Part shown: positions 1-11,817 of the stretch, piece by piece
How positions within the stretch are numbered: position 1 is the stretch's first letter
Layout of the letters: every line of letters starts with the position of its first letter
Assembly (NCBI GenBank): GCA_030141605.1
Contig: JAQGDQ010001015.1
Coordinates: 6,140 to 70,139, forward strand
DNA from: Tubiluchus corallicola
Lineage: Eukaryota > Animalia > Priapulida
Direction of reading: 5' to 3'
DNA: 64,000 nucleotides
The notes under the pieces: generated by a model
Seen by the model: the letters and a program-made list of their open reading frames with translations, nothing else
The model's database searches: none
Told to the model about the DNA's origin: nothing
Made by a program: the position numbers and the translations under genes

Positions 1-760
1 GAACCACTCTCTGCAATTATCCCAGCTCAAAATCAACAACAGAACTTGAACCTTAGAATTCCACATATAAAGAGCCTTTTGTTCAGGTGGCTGAGCACTT
101 AAAACTTTCTCTATCTTATAAAGAGCCTTTGTTCAGGTGTCTTTCTCCGTCTTATCCAAACAGCAATTATTGTTGCGCAGTCTCTACCTTTATTATCACA
201 AGAAAAGCTTTTAGCTTAATATTTGCCATACAAACAGTTTGAAAAGCTTTCAAATCTAAAAACACATTCCTTTCAATCTTAACAAAACATGTTTCCTAGT
301 GCGATATATTATGACAAGCATTACTTCCAACAAAAATAATAGAACACACCTGCACTTTGATAACAAAGCTTTATTTCCAGCTCTCAAACGAAACTGCTTT
401 TGATCTTCTGTCGCTAAATGACAATAATGGAGAAGTTGGGAGGTTTACATGATAAGTAGCATGAGAGGAAGTAATGCACTACAGATACTCGCAACTAAAT
501 GGATGGGTGGCTGCTGTGACAACTTCGTCTATTGTGTTATTTTTTACAGTACATAGAAACATGGAAACAGAGTATATGGCAGTTCTACCAGATCAGGTTT
601 CTATGAAAATGTCTGCAAAATTTTATTCCCATCATTGGGGTTTTCTGTAATACCTTTGTACCAAAACAGCGAGCATTAGCATGAAAACAGACGTTTCTCC
701 GCATTCATTTTTGGCTAGTGCACATGGATGGAGAATATATTTTACTAAAACATAGAGAGA
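1..760 (+). pseudogene. Degenerate LRR-TM-TIR (Toll-like receptor-like) pseudogene fragment
   Basis: Manual translation through stops and frameshifts gives LRR-like YLPYKQFEKLSNLKT (~220-265), hydrophobic GWVAAVTTSSIVLFFTVHR (~500-560) and TIR box1-like FSAFIFG*CTW (~695-730). Homologous to 1335-2270, 5210-5860 and 7070-8110, and, inverted, to 21470-22600 and 26100-27100. Confidence 0.55.
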
Positions 761-779
761 TGGGGCCCTAGACTTGTGG

Positions 780-1310
780 ATAGCCGTGTGGGCTATAATT
801 ACCACTTTCATACGAAAAGTCTTAATCTTAGTCTAGAAGTTTTTAAACAGAGTCGAACAGTTTTACTTCTTTGTGTTAAACTCAGGAAAATGTTTTCACA
901 TATTTCAGAAATCTTAAGTAAACTAGTTGCGCCCTGTTTAAATACTGGAAAGAATGGGTTAAAAGACAGACGATATTATCAATAGACGGGAGAAGCTTTT
1001 TTGTTTAATTAAGCTGACAACTTGGAACTACCAGTGAAAGAGTAAGAAGAGATGGAAAGCAAATACAGACAAGAATTTCTATAGAATACAAAAGCTTTTT
1101 TGTTTGGTTAAGCTGGAACTCCCAGGGGAAGAGTTAACAAAAGATGGAAATCAAAACACAAAAATGTCAATAGAATGCAGAAGCATTTTTGTTTGGTTAA
1201 GCTGCCTAAATGGAACTCCCATAGGAAGAGTTAACAAAAGATGGAATGCAAATACTTTGCTGCAGTTAAGAAAGACATATAATAATCACCAATGATTTGG
1301 AGTAGGACTA
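780..1310 (-). pseudogene. Degenerate LRR fragment of the same family, inverted relative to its neighbours
   Basis: Same orientation as 28080-28500 and reverse complement of 21220-21460, which reads STFY*LSCLYLLSISSNSF (LxxLxxLxLxxNxL). Confidence 0.5.
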
Positions 1311-1334
1311 CGTTTCCCATGCAAAATATTGAAA

Positions 1335-2270
1335 ATTAGAGCCTATTGTTCAGGTGGCTGAGCACTTAAAACTTTCACCATCTTACAAAGAGCCTTTTGT
1401 TCATGTGGCTGAGCACTTAAAACTTTCACCATCTTACAAAGAGGCTTTTGTTCAGGTGGCTGAGCACTTAAAACATTCTCAATCTTATCCAAACAGCAAT
1501 CATTGTTAGGCGGTCTCTCCCTTTATTATCATAATAAGAAAAGCCAGTTTTGAGCCCTGTGTTTGCAGTACTAGCTTTCAAATCTAAAAACACATTATTA
1601 TCCTTTCAAATTTAACAAAACATCTTACTGCATGTTTCCCAGGGATATATATTATTACAAGCATTACTTCCAACAAAAATAATAGAACACACCTGTGCTT
1701 TGATAACGAAGATTTAATTCCAGCTCTCAATCGAAACTGCTTTTGAGCTTCTGTCGCTAACTGACAATAATTGAAAAGTTGAGAGGTTTACTTGAAAAGC
1801 AGCAAGGGAGGAAGTTAAATGGATGGGTGGCTGCTGTGACAAGTTCATGTATTATGTTATTTTTTACAGAACATAGAAATATACAAACAGTTATACCAAC
1901 TCAGGTTTCTATGAAAATGTCTGCAAAATTTATTCCCATCATTGGGGTTTTCAGTAATACCTTTGTACCAAAACAGGAACATTAGGATGAAAACGGACAT
2001 TTCCCTGCATTCATTTTTGGCTAGTGTACATGGATAGAGAAAATATTTTACCAAAACATGTGGGTCTGTGTGGAACACAGCAAGGATAAACTGCTCTCTC
2101 GCACATGCTGGAGCAGTGTGTGTAGTAATGCATGCATGGAAGCAACACGAGAGCATATAGGTAAGAGTGATTGACAGCGCAGGAGTGCAGCACGCATGTC
2201 TAGTAATGGCGGATGCTCCAATTGGCTGAATAGTTTCGGGTAATGTCTGTCAGCCATCTAGTGTACAAAA
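1335..2270 (+). pseudogene. Degenerate LRR-TM-TIR pseudogene fragment, starting with 3 tandem copies of a ~51-bp unit
   Basis: Near-copy of 60-760. It continues into the TIR-like segments AFIFG*CTW..IFY.NMWVCVE and *WRMLQLAE. The unit agagccttttgttcaggtggctgagcacttaaaactttcaccatcttacaa occurs 3 times at ~1338-1490. Confidence 0.55.
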
Positions 2271-2829
2271 TCACAAATAAAGAAACAGGTACAATATGTT
2301 ACTATAGAAAATTCTTTGCAAGGGAACAACTGAATCAGAACTGGTACACAGCCAATTTTTTATGATTTATGACTCAACAAATTGTTACTTTAGTGACTTT
2401 TATGCACTATAGAAATTGGAAAAAAATGTTAATACTATGTTAAAAAATTGTAGAATGCAAACTGCCATTAAGTTGTTACAGTGTGGCTTTATACCTGGGT
2501 TAAACTTAATTAAGAATATATAAAACAAAACCGTACTCTTGATGCACTCAAAACCAATATTAACAAGATGGTGCGATAATCCTGAAATAAATCTATTCTA
2601 TAAAGTATAATCCTGAAACAAATTTATTCTATAAAGTACAAAAATCGCACTACAAGAACAAAATTGTAACTGCACAAAATTTAGCGAAAAAATAACATTT
2701 AACAAATTGGGTACGTAAATTTGTAGAGAAAAATGATTCTAGATAGATTTAGTATAACTTATTTTAACTCAAAACTAAAATGCAATCTTTGAAGTAATGT
2801 CCTAATAGTGAAGGTTTCTCCTCATGTTA

Positions 2830-3170
2830 CCGATTAGGAAATGTCACGTTTTGATAAGATTAAAAAGGACTCCAATAACTGAATTTAAGTTTTCAGATTT
2901 CAAAGCATTTTAGAGTAGAATAAACAGTTTCTGTACCCCTACCATCACAATATAGACGAAGCTGCATAATAATAGGTGTTTGAAAAACACAGACAATTTT
3001 GTGTGTTCAATCACATGACCAAACATGGGTTCATATGAAAGGGTAATTCTCTAAAGTGATTTGTTTGCTAAAGACAGAAATTGCCCCTCAGACATCAATC
3101 TCTTTAATTATCAATAATCAGTGAAAATAGATTATTTTTGTCTGCTCTTTAGTATGAATAGTCATTCTAG
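2830..3170 (-). pseudogene. Degenerate LRR fragment, second subfamily
   Basis: Homologous to 18720-19080 and 22570-22730, and to the reverse complement of 23830-24060. More distantly related to the 150-340 segment. Confidence 0.45.
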
Positions 3171-3746
3171 TTGTGACCCAAGAAAAAATTCTTGTTATGA
3201 CCCAAGGACAAATTCGTCTGCATTCTTGTACAAAGCAAATAGTTACATGTGAAAATACTAAAGGAAGAGCAGCCGAGAGAATACAAAACTATTGACAAAG
3301 TTTTCACCGTGTGATTTATTGCTTTAAATTTCTCGTTGGGCTACTCCTATTTTTACTGCTTTTAGCTGAAATTAAACTCATTCGAAAATTGACGAAAAGC
3401 CGAGTAATTTGAAATGATAACTGACAATTATCGGCATAAGGAAGCCTTCCCGATCGCAATTAGCATCAGCATTGGTTTTTATCCCAGGGCAGACTTTATA
3501 AAAAAAACTTTTACAGAACTTGCTAAATAAAACCCTGGTTGTGTCCTTAATCTTCTTTAAGCCCCCCAAAACACCTGTGTCATGGGTCACTGACCCCCAC
3601 GCCCCTCTCTCATCAGACCTTGATCTTAGTAATACCTTAGTGCCAAAACAGTAAACATTGACATGAAAAGTGCTCCTGAAATAGCTAATGTGATGGAGAT
3701 ATGAAAATAAAACAATACCAAATGGCAATGTTGGATCATGGTGTTC

Positions 3747-3747
<1 letters not shown>

Positions 3748-3831
<84 letters not shown>

Positions 3832-3833
3832 AA

Positions 3834-3906
<73 letters not shown>
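3748..3906. repeat. (CA)n microsatellite
   Basis: Directly visible, interrupted by a few CAAA. Explains the VCVC/HTHT ORFs. Confidence 0.99.
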
Positions 3907-3912
<6 letters not shown>

Positions 3913-4429
3913 GTTCACTTAAATTTAACACACAGATCAATAATGCATATGTGACACTTCAACGATGAGTACGTTGGATGGCACAGCAATGTTACAGTGT
4001 TCATCTTCACTTGCTCAATCTTGTAAACTTTCATCTTCAAAAATTTTTAACTTTAATCACTTATTTTAAACAGCTCAAGTTCCTGCCACACAGAATGTCC
4101 TCAAACTACGAAATTTCTTTAGCAAATCGTTTCAAAAATGACTTTACATAGCTGCTGGCTGCAATTAATTTTGATGTTTGGACCACTTCTTGTTTGGTAA
4201 GGTAAACATATGGTGCTGCCAGAAAGAAAAACACTGCTATGTTATCTCAAAAATTTTGACTATATAAAAGACCTAGCAGATAATTAATTACACTGAAAAA
4301 TACGAACTCTACTTATTAAATTTCTATACTCTACTATTAGCCTTTTCCTGTTTTACAAAAACACCAGCCATAGCCATTTAAACAGTGATAGAGTTACGGT
4401 TAGTTCGTTAGAGTTTTTTTGGAATCCGG

Positions 4430-4640
4430 CCCCGGGTCGTCAATCCAGTGGCATTTTCTTCAATTTTTTGCAGAACTGCATAAAGTCTGCTAAACGTTTT
4501 GCTAATTGATTGTATTTGTAATTGTGTATTTACATATATCTTTGAATTGTATATATGTTTTGTAAACAGAAATGTGTTTGTTTCACACAGTGGAAATACC
4601 CCAAACAGTAAATTCACTGTGTGTGCTTGCATTGAAAATT
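4430..4640. repeat. Dispersed non-coding repeat, with an inverted copy at ~32890-33290
   Basis: ttgcagaactgc...gtctgctaaacgttttgctaattgattgta matches the reverse complement of ~33210-33260. Confidence 0.6.
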
Positions 4641-5209
4641 TCCCCACAAGTCGGCAATGAAGCTTTTCCAGCTATTCACATATTCTGAATTTCCATTCCA
4701 TGAGGATCATTTTGATACCAAGCTTGTAGCTCTATGCTATTCCTAAGCTGAGATAATCCATGTTGAAGTTGAGATGTAGGCTAAAAATGGTGCAAGCTAA
4801 TTACTCATCTAAAACAGTTATTTTGAAAATAATTCTGTTAAAGTCAGCCATAGTTTTTTGTTGCGTCTCTACAAAACACTTAGCATCCACGCGAAATTGT
4901 GATTGCTATGGATTTTACAAGAGCAAATAGAAGCTACGTTTAACTCTAGTATCAAGCCCTTCCTAAAGAATATGTGGCTTTGTCAACAAAAAAAAATTGT
5001 AGCAAAATTGTTTCTTCTTTGAAATAACACATGTTTTAATAATATTTTATCGTTTCAGACAAATTTTAAAATGATGAAAAATAATTTTCTTTACGTCAGA
5101 ATGTGCAGGAATCTCATTCATCAATTTTAAACTCAATTTTAAAATGTGAAATATATTTAGGAATAAAAATAGCTTTAGCGCTGATTTATTTTCAATAACA
5201 TTTATTGAA

Positions 5210-8110
5210 TGAGCAATTCAATTTTTCTATAAGCTTTTCCTTGGCATATTTTCCTGGCCAGGTGTTCAAGTTTCTTTAATTTGAATAAGAATCTTAAGTG
5301 TCGGAAAATATTTTTCTTTGCTTCACAATACACGAGTCAATTCATCCATCCATGCTTAAAATCAATAACAGAATTTGAATTCATTCAAATGACAAAGCAC
5401 TTCTTTAAAACTTGCTCCGTCTAAACAACAGTCATTATTACGCAGTACCACCCTTTTAGTATCATAAGAACAAAAACGAGTTCTTCTCTCTGTGTTTGCT
5501 TTATAAATATATTGAAAGTTGTCTTTTCAATTAAAACAAAATATCAGATTCCCTGTCTCCCAGTGGGATATTTTATGACAAGCATTAACATCCAACAAAA
5601 ATAATAGCACACCTATTTATTCCCAGTGCACTCAGACAGAACTATTTTTGAAAGTTAAGGATTAGCTTGAGAGGTGGTGTGAAGAGTATCTAGCAATAAA
5701 AGCTATGCACTACAGGACCTTACAACTAAATGGATGGGTGGCTGCTCCAAAAATGCTTATCTCTCATATTACATGGTTTCTCAATGATAGAGGAAATTCA
5801 GTATAACACCTGTTCCTTTGTCCTTGAAAATTGTCTGCAAAAATAATTGTCGCCAAAAGTAATTGGAGGTTTTAGAACACAACTAACAGTGATCATTTGA
5901 ACTAATATAAAGTTCTTGAAATACTGAAAGTGACAGACTAATCTTATTGAAAGAAAACACTAACTTCTATTACGTCTTATAAACAATGCTATTGGATGTC
6001 TATATTGGGTCAACGTATCTTTTATTGTCATGCTATGCTCTATCAAAAGATGGTATTGCCATCTAAACCTGCACTTTTATTTATGCATATTATTGTAATG
6101 TGTAGTATAATATTATCATGACTTTGGATTGCCTTGACCAAGACAAAATTCAGTGGCATACAGCAGTCTAAGGGCCTATTTCGTTGTTCAAAAGTGCAGA
6201 CTACATTCCAACATTTTCACTTTAAAATGTTATTCATTGTTTGTTTCTGGTATTATTATCATTGTCATTTTCAAAGTGATTTTGTTGCTGTTATCATTAT
6301 CGCTATTATTACTATTATTATTAATTTCTTGACATTTATATTTGGCTATTGTAAATGGAAGGTGAAAAAGTTTTGCCCAAACAGACAGCATGTGTTGAGC
6401 GTGGCAGAGACGTTGAGTGAGTGTGGCAGAGGAGCAGTGAGTGTAGCGATGCGAGCATGGAAGCAACGATGCACATGACACCTCATCGGTAAGAGTGATT
6501 GACAGCATGCGTGTCTAGCAATGGCAGATGCTCCAATTGGCTGAATAGCTTAGGGTAATACCACTGAGCCATCTACTGTACAAAATTTCAACTAATGTAA
6601 CAGCTACAATATAACGTAATCGCTGCTTAGTGAGAGCAGTTTTTCCTGCCCTCTCATTGTTCATTTTTTACTGTCAATAACCACCATGTAACAAAAAATG
6701 CCTGAACATATGTAAGAAAGTTATGTCACAAATTTGAGTACATGGATTATATCTACAACATTGTCACACTTAGAATGACCTTGTTTTTGTTTTACAATAA
6801 TAACAACAGCAGCAGCAACATCAAAAGCAGCAATGACAATGACAATAACAGCCACAATAGCAGCAACTCTGTACAACAAAAACGGTGCAGATAAAAATGG
6901 CACGGGAAAATTGGCACATAATGTTACATGGATGCAGTTGATTTCTATTATAAAACTAGAATGCGCTCATAGGAAACAGATCTCTGCCAGAGCTGGACAA
7001 TTCTAAACTAACACAAAGATAAGCAAGCAAACATACAAAAATGTGTCTGTATTAGTATGATACAGGTTAGCAAAATATTTGTTTGCTAAGAAGTTCTGAC
7101 GAATATTTATGGGCCTAGGATTTGAAAGCTCTTTCTTTTCTCAGGGGTAGCAGTTCTTGAGTGGCTAATTTGCTCAGGAATGTAATAACATGGAAAAATA
7201 TTTTTGTTCAATGTAAGTTTACAGGAAACTATTAATCCTTTTAAAACAATGGCAGACAGGATTTGAAATGATGCTGATATAATTTACACAAACTTATCCC
7301 ACCCCCAGCATTTTCAGTAATATCAGGTTAACACAGTTTCATAAGTTACAGTATCAGCAGATTTGGCAAAATGTAAATTTTTCATTGGAAAACCAAAAAT
7401 GTTCCAAAATCCTTCTCAGTTATAGGGCATTCGGTTCATTCAATTTTTCTTACTTAACTATTCCCTGTGATCATTCCCAGGTGTTCAGGTGAGGGTAAAT
7501 TGCACAAGATGTTAAAATGTGGGAAAATATTTTATTTACTTCCGAGCCACTTCCAGCAGTTTAACAATGCTCAAAATCAATAAGAGAACTTGAATAAAAC
7601 AGAATGTAAAGACTAAAGAGTCTTTTGTTAACGTTCCTGAGCACTTAAAGTTTTCTTCATTTTAGCCAAACAGCAATTATTATTAAGCTGTCTCGCCCTT
7701 TATTATCACAAGAAAAGCTTTTACCCCAATGTTTGCTATACAAACACTTTGAAAAGCTTTTACCACAATGTTTGCTATACAAACACTTTGAAAAGCTTTC
7801 AAATCTAAAAAGACATTCCTTTCAATCTTAACAAAACATCTTATTGCATGTCTCCCAGGGCGCTATATTATTACAAGCATAAACTTCCAACAAAAATAAT
7901 AGAACACACCTGTGCTTTGTTAACAAAGCTCTATTCCCAGTGTTTTGTTGTTGTTATCATGGCTAGTGTACATGGCTGGTGCAAATGTTTTACCTAAACA
8001 TGTGGGTCTATGTAGTACACGGTAGAGACGAGGTGCACTCTCACACATGCTAGAGCAGTGAATGTAGCAATGCATGCATGGAAGCAACGTCGCACATGAT
8101 AGCTCATGGG
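5210..8110 (+). pseudogene. Several TLR-like pseudogene fragments (5210-5860, 6330-6600 TIR-like, 7070-8110)
   Basis: Clear nucleotide homology to 1-760 and 1335-2270. 7070-7940 is a close reverse complement of 21520-22330. Confidence 0.5.
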
Positions 8111-8160
8111 CAAATTAATTGTATTATAACTGTGCGTGTGTTGCAAGATAAATAAAAAGC

Positions 8161-8299
<139 letters not shown>

Positions 8300-8887
8300 G
8301 CAAAGAGTTGAATAGCGAAGATATAAAGCGAAGATACAATGGCGACCATAGTAGCACCACCACCACCACCACCGCCACTAGCGATGCCACCACCAACACC
8401 CCTGGCAACATCATCAACAACAACAACAACAACAACAACAACAGCAGCAGCAACAGCAGCAACAATGCTACGGTGAGAACGGCAAACAAGAATTGGAGAG
8501 AAAAGATTGAAAATACAACTGGCTAAAGAAGAAGATGAGGGCATAGCCGACATGTTTGCTCCACCCCCTTTGCCCCCGCCTGTGGTTTCCTTCATTCTGG
8601 CATCTGCTCCTAAAAAGTTGAAAAAATTTTCCAGTACCTAAAAGTCACATGTTTTTTTCTCTTGCAGGATTTCCAAATTTCGCCTGCTCCGCCCAAACTG
8701 CAACAACATCAACAACAACATCCACGACTGTAGGAACCTGCACACAGAGGCAAACGTATCCATCCGTACAAGATTGGTGGCAACAGCAACAGCGGCAATA
8801 GAGTGCCACAGAAATAAGCCTTTGAGAAAGTCAAGTCGTTGCTCTTCGAAAACAATCAGAAGAATATCGTCATAGTCTGCGAACCGA

Positions 8888-9262
8888 TTGCCACAGATGA
8901 ATGAATCGGACATTGCTCCAACCATTGATGCCTTCCAGCACGTGGAAGAAGAATACCAAGTCAAAAATTTTATAATTCACGAAATACAAACTGGCATATA
9001 TCACAGTTACAGCTTCAAACCGCCTCACCCATGGCATCGACATCCCCACTACAAGCGATTCACTTACAACTATCAGAGTAAACACATACGCGGCGCCTGG
9101 TGGGAGGAGGGAATGTTGGACTATTCAGAGTTAGACGGCATTCTACGACAAACTAGCAGAAACACTATCGTCTATGTCAAGGGACTCGAGATGTACAGAT
9201 TCGTCAAAAAACATCTACCAAAAAATCGCGTAGTAATATGCTCAGAGGATCTACAAAATTAA
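8888..9262 (+). mobile_element. Polinton/Maverick-associated exonuclease-like ORF within a CpG-richer insert (~8300-9790)
   Basis: The motif series IDAFQ...FIIHE...SYSFKPP...H..GAWWEEG..DY..L...IVYVKGLE...F resembles a conserved small RNase H-fold/DEDD-like protein of Polintons/adintoviruses. Recognised from memory, not from a search. Confidence 0.55.
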
Positions 9263-10169
9263 TGACCACCATAGGCCATACGATGGCAGAGCAACGGACG
9301 AGGCAGAGCAATCCGGGCAGCCAAAACCATGGCCAACTATCTACTAATTGTACGAATAGAGCAGTAAACATCATCGGCAGGGCTTGGTTCGTGTAGCGTT
9401 TCGATTTGAAGCCGATACAAACCAGATTGGGCGGAAAATGCTACACTCGGAGACCGCAAAAGCAAATGCTTCTGATGAAACGAGGGGGGTGACATGTGGA
9501 TGATTTTCACCCTCGTATCAACAGTGATTAACGGTTTTTTGCAGAACCGAAAGCTTGAAAATGCCATCCTCGAACTCTCCAAATGTCATTTTTCTTACTG
9601 TGTCTGCGTTATAAATATAGCCTGTATCCTAGAGGATACATTGGGATTCAATGGTTGCAAAATATTATAAAAAACAAAGACTATATTATTTGGACATTTG
9701 AAGTTTAATGAAAATCTGGAGTTTAGACCATATTTCACAACTATTTTTTATCTATTAAATAGTAATAAAACTGTATTTTTTACAAAACTGCGAGTTATAT
9801 AACAATTGAACTTGGAAGGTGAAGAAACAATTGCCGTTCTGCTTTAAACACAAAAACACTTTTTGCACTTTATGCATTTTGTTTAGCTGTGTTTGCTAAA
9901 AAGCTTATTCTTTGATTCTTTGTTTATCAATTGGGAAAGTGTCCAAAACTGTCATTTCTGTCTATTTTAGTACATGGTGTTTGAATATTGTAGTTATTAG
10001 GTTCAAGATTTCTGCGTCTGACTCTTAAGTAGATGGTGGGTGGCCTTATTTATGGCTTGCTTCAGTTTTTTCTCTTTTGAAGTTAAAGAAGCAAAAAAAA
10101 CCGCTAAAGAAAATTATGGGAGACCCATTTGTGCTTTTTGGGAGTATATGATGTGCACAAATTAGACAA

Positions 10170-10620
10170 GCCTGAAAAACCAGATTTGCAAATAGAAATA
10201 GATTGGCAGAAATTGAAGTCATGTGGATAGAAGTCCGGTTTCCAAGATCAGCACCATTTTTAGTTGGATTTATATAACGTCCACCTAGTTCAAATGTTAA
10301 CTAATTTAATAGATTTGAGGAGATTATGGAGTGAATTTATGCGGAGGGCAATGACGTGTTCTTTATGGGAGATGTGAACACAGATATAAGTCCTTGAAAG
10401 GAAGCTAATGACTGCAGATTGTGGTCTGCAATTTAGGAATCTTTCAGTTTAATATTCAAGCAAGTAGTTTATGCTCCAACGAGAGTAGCCAGTGCACGTT
10501 CACTCTAATTTATACGAATGCTGAGTCAACCATCATATCAGCTTCTGTACCTGTAATTGCTACTACAGATCATGACCCGATAACTGCCATCAGAAAATTG
10601 AATAGAAGTTAAAAAAATAG
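10170..10620 (+). mobile_element. Decayed LINE APE-endonuclease fragment
   Basis: LVGFI*RPPSS (~10260-10295), VFFMGDVNTD (~10356-10385) and a TDHDPI motif correspond to the APE motifs YRPP, GDFN and SDH. Confidence 0.65.
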
Positions 10621-10642
10621 TGTATTTTCAGAGAATTATATC

Positions 10643-11774
10643 TTAACCCTTTCACAGGCATTTTTTCCTGGTGGTTAATTCACACAGGAATCTTAAAATG
10701 TTGACATAATTACTTAGCGGCGTCATCGGATAATATAAAAAAAGATATCTCACAGTTTCTATTTGTGTTTTTGCAATTCACTACTGTAATGAGCGTCCTC
10801 GATGGGCCTGGTTTTGGTGAAGCTATCTCTTCTGCTACACACCCGTGCGCGAACAGCTGCTTGGGTAGTAGCTAACCTGTCAACAATAGTCCCTAATGCT
10901 CTGCAGCTAGGGCGATGCTAACTTTACTAGCTGCTGTGCAATATGTCTCGATACTTTCTGTGTTCCCTAGTAGAAAACTTTTGCGCCCAAAATTTTTGCA
11001 TGCTAGAAATTTGCTATCAAAAATGTTCCCAAATAATCTTGAAGAATTTTTTAATAAAAATCTTTTAGCAAAGTTTTTTCACTCTTTAAGTTTTTGTTCT
11101 GTCTTCTACTGCAAGTCATACATCCTACTCTCATTATTTTTTTGCCGGGAAGAGTTTGCAAAACCTTGTTTAGCTACAACAAATTGTTACAAAACAAAAA
11201 TAAGACTGTTCTGCTGCTGCGAAGTAATCAGCAGATTCTCGTCAGGTAGAACGCTGCATAAATAAAAATAAGTTCTGTTAGCTTATTATCTTCTGAGAAG
11301 CAGCAAACAAACTATATGAAATGTCCGCGCATTATTGATCGTTGCTAAACAGACTAAAAGCATTTATTGTAGCACACAGTTTCGACTTTGTGGAAAATGT
11401 TTGGAATGGTTTTGTTTTGATGTTGTGCTGTAAGTGCTGGTGCAATAGCAGTCGTCATCGTTGCCACCATCATTATCATCATCAACAACATAATCACCAT
11501 GCGATGTTGTGTGAGTTGTGCAGTGTGGTGGTGGTGGTGGTGGTGTGCTATGGATGGTGTGATGAGGTGGAAGGGTGTGTGGGATGTGTTGGTGGAATGG
11601 AGTGGGTGGTTTGATGGGCGTGGTTTAGTGTGGTCTGGATGGTGTTGTGTGGTATTGATGATGTGGTGTGTGTGGTGCTGGTGGAGTGGTGTGGTGTGGG
11701 TTGTGTGATTGTGTCTTGAATTATGTGCTATATTCTTTTTGCGGGGTTTCGCTAGTCTATGTATTAATTTTGGT

Positions 11775-11817
<43 letters not shown>

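Noticed and set aside
2010-2270. ShK or TSP1 cysteine-rich domain
   Set aside because: Needs several ad hoc frameshifts, and the cysteines are not conserved across copies. A TIR-like reading fits the context better.
3378-3968. VC/HT-repeat ORFs
   Set aside because: Translations of a (CA)n microsatellite.
10643-10660. Complete piggyBac-type MITE
   Set aside because: Only one TTAACCC end was seen, with no matching inverted terminus.
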